A DNA stretch of 41,613 bases, taken from contig NC_069010.1 in the NCBI RefSeq assembly GCF_001194135.2, positions 2,350,261 to 2,391,873 of the forward strand, read 5' to 3'. Below, in pieces: positions 33,671 to 41,613 of this stretch (position 1 is the first letter of the stretch; the number at the start of each line of letters is the position of its first letter). Origin of the DNA: Octopus bimaculoides. Taxonomy: Eukaryota. Position numbers and translations under genes: made by a program. The notes beneath the pieces were generated by a model. That model worked only from the letters and a program-made list of their open reading frames with translations, did not search any database and had not been told where the DNA came from.

Positions 33671-36600
33671 CTTTTCTCAGTCTCTTCGTTGACTGATCTC
33701 CGTCGAGCCAAGACGTCCAACAGAGCTCTCTCACATGTCAGCACCAGAGCTTCACAAATAACCACGGAAATCATTCAGGAGGCGTCTCAGTAACCNNNNN
33801 NNNNNNNNNNNNNNNNNNNNNNNNNNNNNNNNNNNNNNNNNNNNNNNNNNNNNNNNNNNNNNNNNNNNNNNNNNNNNNNNNNNNNNNNNNNNNNNNNNNN
33901 NNNNNNNNNNNNNNNNNNNNNNNNNNNNNNNNNNNNNNNNNNNNNNNNNNNNNNNNNNNNNNNNNNNNNNNNNNNNNNNNNNNNNNNNNNNNNNNNNNNN
34001 NNNNNNNNNNNNNNNNNNNNNNNNNNNNNNNNNNNNNNNNNNNNNNNNNNNNNNNNNNNNNNNNNNNNNNNNNNNNNNNNNNNNNNNNNNNNNNNNNNNN
34101 NNNNNNNNNNNNNNNNNNNNNNNNNNNNNNNNNNNNNNNNNNNNNNNNNNNNNNNNNNNNNNNNNNNNNNNNNNNNNNNNNNNNNNNNNNNNNNNNNNNN
34201 NNNNNNNNNNNNNNNNNNNNNNNNNNNNNNNNNNNNNNNNNNNNNNNNNNNNNNNNNNNNNNNNNNNNNNNNNNNNNNNNNNNNNNNNNNNNNNNNNNNN
34301 NNNNNNNNNNNNNNNNNNNNNNNNNNNNNNNNNNNNNNNNNNNNNNNNNNNNNNNNNNNNNNNNNNNNNNNNNNNNNNNNNTTTGGTAGACGGAAACTGA
34401 AAGAAGCCCGTCGTATATATGTATATATATATATATGTGTATGTTTGTGTGTTTGTGTTTGTCCCCCCACCATTGCTTGGCAACCGATGCTGGTGTGTTT
34501 ACGTCCCCGTAACTTAGCGGTTCGGCAAAAAGAGACCGATAGAATAAGTACTAGGCTTACAAAGAATAAGTCCCGGGGTCGATTTGCTCGACTAAAGGCG
34601 GTGCTCCAGCATGGCCGCAGTCAAATGACTGAAACAAGTAAAAGAGTAAAGAGTAAAACAAAAAAGAAACCGATAATTGAGTTTAATTACTCTTCTTTCT
34701 GTAATTATGGTGGGTAACGTTTGGCGACTTGCTTCGTTCACTATCAAACATTTCTATAGTTGACTCCTTCACCTTGCACAAGTCTGTGTGCATGTATATT
34801 TGTATGCAAGCATAATTTATTAATTATTGTACTATTCTGATTCCTCACAACTGTCTGATGAAGTTACATGAAACTTTGTGTAATAGTTTGTGAAGTCTTT
34901 TCAGCCTCAATAAAATAGCATGTATAGGCGCAAGAGTGGCTGTGTGGTAAGAAGCTTGCTTCCCAACCACACGATTCAGGGTTCGGACCCACTGCATGGC
35001 AACTTGACCAAGTGTCTTCTACTATAAGCCGTGGCCAACCAAAGCATTGTGAATGGATTTGGTAGACAGAAACTTAAAGAAGCCCATCATATATGTGTGT
35101 GTGTGTTTTTGTGTCTGTATTTGGCCATCCTGTCCCACCACTTGACAACCGATGTGTGTTTACATCCTCATAACTTAGTGGTTCGGCAAAAGAGACCAAT
35201 AGAATAAGTACCGTGCTTTAAAATATAAGTATTGGAGTTGATGCATATGATTAAAATTTCTTCAAGGCAGTGCCTCGGCATGGCCATGTCTAATGACTAA
35301 AATATGTGTGTGTGTGTGTGTGTGTGTTGGTATCTCCTTATTTTGACAACGTGACAGTTGTAAATGTGTTCCACCATCATACAGGCAATGTATGATGTTT
35401 CCAATCTTCCATGTAAACTTTAAGCCATGGGGAAATGTTACCTTACTTGGAAACAAGTAAGGGTTGGCAACAGGAAAGGCACATGGTTCCTGGTTCAGTC
35501 CCACTCCATGGCACTTGGGTGTCTTCTACTATAGACTCAGGCCATCCAAAGACATATGTGTGGATTTGGGAGACGAAAACTGAAAGAAGCCTATCATGTG
35601 TATGCATATGTCTGTCTGTGTGTCAGTGTTTGTCCCACACCACTGCTTGACAACTAGTATTGATATGTCCCCATAACGTAGCAGTTCAGCAAAAGAGACC
35701 GATAGAATAAGTATCAGGTTTTACAAAAAATAAGTACTAAGAATCAATTTGTTTGAGTAAAATTCTTCAAGGCAGTGCCCCAGCTTGGCCCCAGTCTAAT
35801 GACAGAAACAAGTAAAGAGTAAAAGATAATCACATACTCAAAATCTCAAAGCTACAGGACAAAATGCAAGATGAATTCAAAACAAGGCTAGATCCAGCCT
35901 CTCACACCTACCCTATAATATCATTCTAAAAATAAACAATCACGTCATTGAAATCTCAAAGCTTTCTATGAGATAATGCAAAATTAATTTAAAACAATGT
36001 GAATAAATAAGGATTACATCTGGCAGAGTAATCTGAATGCTAAAGGGTTAATTAAGGTTAATGGATTCAAATTCTACCAACGTCGATTTTACTTTTGTCC
36101 TTTTGGAGTCAACGAAATAAGTACCGATTATGCACTGAGGTCAATGTAATCGACTTATCCCCTCCCCCCAAATTTCAGGCCTTGTTTATATAGTAGAAAG
36201 GATTATTATTATTATTATTATCATTATTATGGTGGCGAGCTGGCAGAACTGTTAGCTTTCCTGGCAAAGGATCATTAGCACGCCAAGCAAAATGCTTAGC
36301 AGCACTTTGTCCATCCTTATGTTCTGAATTCAAATTCTGCCAAGGTCAGCTTTGCCTTTCGTCCTTTCAGAGTCGATGTACCAGTTATGCACATAAGTAC
36401 CAGTTATGCACTAAGGTCAATGCAGTTGACTTATCCCCTCCCCCCAAATTTCAGGCCTTGTACCTGTAACAGAAAGGATTATTTTTGAGGTGGTAGTGAG
36501 GACATGCTATGTGGCTGTTCTGTAGTGTAGCAGCGATGGTGGTGACGGTGGTGGTGGTGGTGGTAACAGTGTTGCTTGATAGTGACAATGTGTGGTTGAG

Positions 36601-36742
36601 ACGTAGTGTGACAATAGTCAAGCCATCATGTGGTGATGTAGTGTGACAGTTCAGACATGTGTGTGTGGGTGTACAGTGAGCTAGTCAGGACGTCATCTAA
36701 CTTCTTAACGGAAGTCTTTATTTCTATGTTTTCCTTTCCCAG

Positions 36743-36853
36743 CATGGTCGTGTGAAGGTAAGAACAACAGCCGAACAGGCTGAAGCAAAAAGGAAGGAGA
36801 GGGAGAAGAAGCTGCAGTTATACACTGCTGCCTTGGAGAAGATATTTGATAAG
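36743..36853 (+). CDS. RABGGTA: RABGGTA coding exon (HGRVKVRTTAEQAEAKRKEREKKLQLYTAALEKIFDK)
   Basis: Matches the RabGGTase alpha N-terminus (human MHGRLKVKTSEEQAEAKR...). Polypyrimidine-cag acceptor, gtatgt donor, 111 nt, phase 0. Confidence 0.93.
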
Positions 36854-37219
36854 GTATGTAGATTGTGAGCCAAGTTGTGGGCTGGTGTTTTTCAAATTGC
36901 TTGGAATTGTTCCTAAGTGAAGTAGTCCTTGGACCTAGTCAGTCCTATAAATTTCAGGTTCTAACTATGTATGAGCATTTACAGTAGGCCTGAGCTAAAT
37001 TTGAGGATTTTGTTAAATTTGGAGTATGTGTGCAGTATGTATAATATATACAGTAGTGTATGTAGATTCTGTATATGTTAACGTACGTAGATTCTATATA
37101 CAGTAAGGTGTGTAGATTCTATACATAGTAGGGTATGTAAATTCTATTTATGATATAGTATATAGATTTTATATATGGTAGTGAATGTAGATTCTGTATA
37201 TAGTCAGTATATAGATTAT

Positions 37220-37314
37220 GTGGAGGCGCAATGGCCCAGTGGTTAGGGCAGCGGACTCGCAGTCATAGGATCACGGTTTTGATTCCCAGACCGGGCGTTG
37301 TGAGTGTTTATTGA
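37220..37314 (+). mobile_element. SINE family B head only
   Basis: gtggaggcgcaatggcccagtggttagggc...tgagtgtttattga. Confidence 0.85.
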
Positions 37315-37385
37315 CCAAATCTGGTTTCTCACACCAATCCTACAATATCATACTAAAGAATTAACAGTTACATCATCAGAATCTT

Positions 37386-37770
37386 GTTGTTGGCACTCCG
37401 TCGCTTACGACGTCGAGGGTTCCAGTTGATCCGATCAACGGAACAGCCTGCTCGTGAAATTAATGTGCAAGTGGCTGAGCACTCCATAGACACGTGCACC
37501 CTTAACGTAGTTCTCGGGGAAATTCAGCGTGACACAGTGTGACAAGGCTGGCCCTTTGAATTACAGGCACAACAGAAACAGGAAGTAAGAGTGAGAGAAA
37601 GTTGTGGTGAATGAGTACAGCATGGTTCGCCACCATCCCCTGCCGGAGCCTCGTGGAGCTTTTAGGTGTTTTCGCTCAATAAACACTCACAACGCCCGGT
37701 TTGGGAATCGAAACCGCGATCCTATGACCGTGAGTCCGCTGCCCTAACCACTGGGCCATTGCACTTCCAC
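37386..37770 (-). mobile_element. SINE family B, full length with 14-bp TSD, inserted in a piggyBac MITE remnant
   Basis: ATCATCAGAATCTT at 37372-37385 and 37771-37784. The flanks rejoin as piggyBac-MITE internal sequence. Confidence 0.9.
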
Positions 37771-38214
37771 ATCATCAGAATCTTATACCTGCAAGATAAT
37801 GCATGAATAACTCAAAACAAGGTGAATAAATAAGCATGTTTGGTAAGTTCAACAACATTAATTTACTTCAGGGAAAGTTCAGCGTCATCAATTCACCATT
37901 TTTTTTTTTTTTTCAGTAAAATAGTTTTAAACTATTAATGGTGAGATACTATGGATATATTTTCTTGGTAAACCTCCCACATAACGAACTTTCTTGACGA
38001 TGAATTGATGGTGGTGAACTTACCTGTAATCATAAATAAGCATGATTATAGTAAGACAATGAGGTAATGTTGTTAATAGGAGAGGATCAGAAGGTAAAGG
38101 AGAATGATTGATGAAATACTATTATCTTACTGTATTGTAACTCTAGTAGCCTGAGATACCCCAGCACAAACCAGCATTAGTTTTAACAGAATATTGTGAA
38201 TGCTAAAGAGTTAG

Positions 38215-38546
38215 CTCTTTAGCATTTAGACTGATCATATCCAGCCTAAATATGCTTCTTGTTTTATGTTCTAACTAGCCAGATCCAGCTTATCACACTT
38301 ACTCTTCAATGCCATTCTAAAAATCTACAATCACATCATCAAAATTTCAAAGCTATGTCATAATGCATGGTTAACCTTTAGCACACTGCATTTCCTCTAG
38401 ATTTGTTTCCCCTGCCACTGTCCTGTTACAACAGGGGAGAAGACTTATACGGTGACCTGATGCTCCCACAGTGTGCTAAAGGTTAATTAAAAACAATATG
38501 AATGAAAAAGCATTACTTTTCACAGCGTAATCTGAGTGCTAAAGGG
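38215..38546. mobile_element. piggyBac-like MITE containing a nested 108-bp MITE (38375-38482)
   Basis: Outer element ctctttagcat...gctaaaggg-TTAA. Inner element TTAA-cctttagcacactg...cagtgtgctaaagg-TTAA with a perfect 14-bp TIR. Another outer-type copy ends at 36047. Confidence 0.75.
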
Positions 38547-38609
38547 TTAAGTATGCAACATCAATAGTAGACTTGCACCTATTTATTCATTTATTTCTCC
38601 ACTTTCCAG

Positions 38610-38734
38610 CGAAGCAATTCCGTCTTTGATGAAAAGGGATTGAGTCTCTGTGCTGAGGTTCTCCTCCTCAACCCAGATTTCTACACTCTCTGGAACTTCC
38701 GCAAAGAAATCCTCGTAGCTTTCAAGGAGACACG
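38610..38734 (+). CDS. RABGGTA: RABGGTA coding exon (RSNSVFDEKGLSLCAEVLLLNPDFYTLWNFRKEILVAFKET)
   Basis: First prenyltransferase-alpha repeat motif NPDFxTLWNxR. ccag acceptor, gtatgt donor, 125 nt, ending in phase 2. Confidence 0.93.
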
Positions 38735-40099
38735 GTATGTTTATTGATTTATCTATTTATCTATGTCTGACAGCTGTTTCAGTAGCATTCTTTATTTGGC
38801 TATATACTAGCTTTTAAGTAACTGACCTCGAATGGGAAGATCTGCAAACAGATCTCTGACTTGTTTTGGAGAATTTGTTGCAATTGCTTCTCCAGAATCA
38901 TATCTCGATGATGATCATGTGAAAAAATCGCTCAAGACAATCACAGTAATGAAAACATAGGAATCCAAAATTTCAGGTTTGTGGTTCTGGATTTGACCCA
39001 AAATGTTTTTAATTTACTCACAGAGTTGGCCTGATTCCAAAATGGTATGATATGTTGGGTTATGGCCTCTAGGAGTAAATTTGGAAAAGCGTGACACACT
39101 GACATTCATAGTTATTATATTAAGGCGGGGGCTGGCAGAATCGTTAGCATGCCAGGCAAAATGCGTAGCTGCATTTCGTCTGCTATTAGGTTTTCAGTTT
39201 GAATTCCAATGAGGTCAACTTTGGCGTTCATCCTTTCGAGGTCAATAAAATTAGCACCAGTTACATACTGGGGTCGATGTTATCAACTTAATCCCTTTCT
39301 CCAAAATTTGAGGCCTTATGCTTCCAGTAGAAAGGATTTATTAAAGTTGAAAAAAGTGTGACACACTGACATTTAGATTTATTATATGAGATATGTTTAA
39401 TTTTGGGGAAACTTTATTTCAATTAAAGTGTATTTCGTGTGTATTAATGAAAGCCAAAAAAAAAATGGTAAAAGCAAAAGGCTAAATGTATGTGTAAAAG
39501 TGTTCAGTATGTTGGCCAAAGGAATTTCTGTCAAGGAGACATGGTTAAACAAAGTTGTACATCATCTCCCTCTTTCCCTCACATACCCACTCTTTCTCTC
39601 TCTCTTATTATTACTCCCACAGCCACCATCAACACTACTACTTTTAATAAAACATCATCAACTCTCCCTAAATTTCTTTGTCTCTCTTTCTCTCTCTGTT
39701 TGTCTTCACCACCGCCCTCACCATCTCTATGCCTGCTATTACACTCACCCCAGCATGAGGAATAGGAGAAGAGTCATTGAATAGTGAGAGAGGAAGTCAA
39801 AGTGTGACACTGACACACAGAAATTAGTTTTCGCATTTATTATATTAGGTATTTCTTTTGTTTATCTAACATATCCTTTTACTTGTTGCGGTCATTAGAC
39901 TGTGGCCATACTGGGGCACCGCCTTGGAGAATCTTTTAGTCAAATGAATTAACCACAGAACTTATTTTTTTAATCCTAATACTTATTCTATTGGTCATTT
40001 TTGCCAAACTGCTAAGTTACGAGGATATAAATGCACAAAAATTGTTGTCAAGCAGTGGTGGAGAACAGGCACAAACACACACACAGATATATGTGTGTA

Positions 40100-40163
<64 letters not shown>

Positions 40164-40318
40164 CAGGCTCCTTTTATTTTGTCTACCAAATCCACTCACT
40201 AGCCTTTGATCATAGACCCACTTGATTTAGGACTGACCTAGGGCTACACAACACCACCAACAAATAGCTTATGTCAGATAATGTATGGTGTAACAGATTA
40301 TCTCTTGTTCATTTTCAG

Positions 40319-40506
40319 ATCTACCAAGGATCTCCAGTGTTTGTTTGAGGAAGAACTATCCTTCATCGAGTCCTGTCTTAGAGTTAATCCAAAATCCTAT
40401 GGTTCCTGGGATCATCGCATCTTTGTCCAACAGAACATTCCACACCCAAACTGGACGAGGGAACTTGCTTTGTGTAACAAATTCTTGGAGTATGACGAGA
40501 GAAACT
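40319..40506 (+). CDS. RABGGTA: RABGGTA coding exon (STKDLQCLFEEELSFIESCLRVNPKSYGSWDHR...NWTRELALCNKFLEYDERN)
   Basis: Hallmarks CLRVNPKSYG-x-W-x-HR and NW-x-REL-x-LC-x-x-FL-x-x-DERN. ttttcag acceptor, gtaagt donor, 188 nt, with a phase compatible with the previous exon. The gene continues beyond the window. Confidence 0.95.
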
Positions 40507-40598
40507 GTAAGTCTAGTTAAGATCTGGTTTATCAGGTTTCAGATATTTAGTATGAGTTTTGAAGGAGGTGTAGGGACACAGTCTTGGCTTTGAGAAAG

Positions 40599-40778
40599 GT
40601 ACTCTACCCAAGGAAGGTACCACACCCAAGCAACATACCTTGCCCAAGGAAGGTACCTCATCTAAGCAGCGTACCTTATCTAAGTAGTGTACCTCACCCG
40701 AGCAGCGTACCTCATCTGGGTAGCGTACCTCATCCGAGCAGCATACCTCACCCGAGCAACATTCCTCGCCCAAGGAAG
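40599..40778. repeat. 18-bp minisatellite, 10 units (gtacctcacccgagcagc / gtactctacccaaggaag variants)
   Basis: Exact 18-nt register with no indels. Confidence 0.9.
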
Positions 40779-41059
40779 GTATCTTACTGTGTGGTAACCT
40801 TCTTGGGTGGGTATGTTTTACTTTAGTCCCAGGACAACTAAGAACTAGTCAGTGAATTTAAAAGATGGAAACTATGAAGAAGCTCATAGTATCATCATTG
40901 TAGTTTCAACATCCACATTTCCATGCTTTGCATGGGTTGGACAGAATTTGTTGAGGCAGATTTTGTTGTGGCTGAATGCCCTTCAAGTTGCTGACCCCTG
41001 CCTGTTTTGAAGCAAGATAATATTTCTCTTTGGCTGGACATATTTTCTTGGAAGAATGG

Positions 41060-41597
41060 CAATGAGCATTGTGACTGCTTTTGATCTTCCATGAGCAAGT
41101 CAAGTACAAATATTGCTGCAACTCTTTTCATTCGCAATTCCTTGCTCGAAAATTCATTGAGAGGAGCTCCAGGACACACCAGTCATATCAACAAGTTTGT
41201 TAATTGTTTGGCGATGGTCCTCAAAGTTCAGTTCAGTGACCCCCCAAACGAGCTTGGTCTTCAAGCGACCAATGACCATTCTTAAAGCAGGAAAACTACT
41301 CGTAAACTTGTTTTTGTTTATGGCAGCATCCTTGTAAGCTGTTTTGGCCTCTGTTTTCCATGGCAGAAGACAAAATTTTACAGAAGCACGCTGTCCTTTC
41401 CTTTCCTTTCAGTCATCACAAAAATCGATGACCAGAGGTGCACTGCAAAACAAAGATGCACGGTGTGGCAGTATGACCCCACTCAATGACATTGGTTGGC
41501 AGAAGGTTGCATAAAGTGGCTTCTAGCAGTAGAAGCCCGAACTACAATGGGCTTGTCCTACAGAGAACATTTCCATTTATTTTTGGGTACAGCCTCA
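41060..41597 (-). mobile_element. Decayed mariner element: one TIR plus transposase N-terminal half
   Basis: TA(41598-99) then tgaggctgtacccaaaaaataa on the minus strand. Frameshifted QRASVKFC...QVYE*FSCFKNG...RQTINKLVDMTGVSWSS...ELRMKRVAAIFV-x-x-LL-x-EDQKQ matches the mariner HTH and WVP-linker region. Confidence 0.75.
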
Positions 41598-41613
41598 TAT
41601 GCATACTTTTATA

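Larger units (their letters stand above)
31100..34750. repeat. Dispersed remnants of a degenerate ~200-bp tandem unit
   Basis: tttaatt...cttctttctgtaattagggtg recurs at about 31222, 31427, 31585, 32995, 33200 and 34682. Confidence 0.6.

Noticed and set aside
40584-40826. Coding interpretation of the 18-bp repeat ORF
   Set aside because: It lies in a RABGGTA intron. The open frame follows from the 18-bp unit, and RABGGTA has no such segment.
1-41613. CRISPR arrays, rRNA genes or prokaryotic operons
   Set aside because: No repeat-spacer arrays or rRNA-like sequence were seen. Spliced exons and SINEs show the DNA is eukaryotic.

Overview
Repeat-rich eukaryotic genomic DNA with many N gaps and (TA)n, (TG)n, (ATT)n and (GGT)n microsatellites. 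The repeat families resemble those of octopus/coleoid cephalopods; this is an inference from pattern recognition, with no database search. Two protein-coding genes are supported, both on +. (1) An intronless 1403-aa ORF (10102-14313) encodes a long, probably disordered region with 11 copies of an L-x-x-[A/V]-L-[T] helix motif, four SUMO consensus sites and a C-terminal set of canonical and degenerate C2H2 fingers. (2) The 5' exons of RABGGTA (Rab geranylgeranyltransferase alpha) lie at 36743-36853, 38610-38734 and 40319-40506, with a candidate ATG-only first coding exon ending at 31070. The rest is mostly transposon debris: several tRNA-derived SINE families, piggyBac, hAT and MULE-type MITEs, Tx1 and Dong/R4 LINE fragments, a mariner transposase remnant, and a decayed Ty3/Gypsy pol. 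Four structures stand out. The Gypsy pol is enclosed by Tc1/mariner TIRs with a TA duplication. That unit sits inside a tandem array apparently built from an RTE LINE C-terminus. A fold-back element carries outward-facing telomeric repeats. A Penelope-like inverted repeat carries hammerhead ribozyme cores. Repeat boundaries are read by eye and are approximate unless TIRs or TSDs are quoted.
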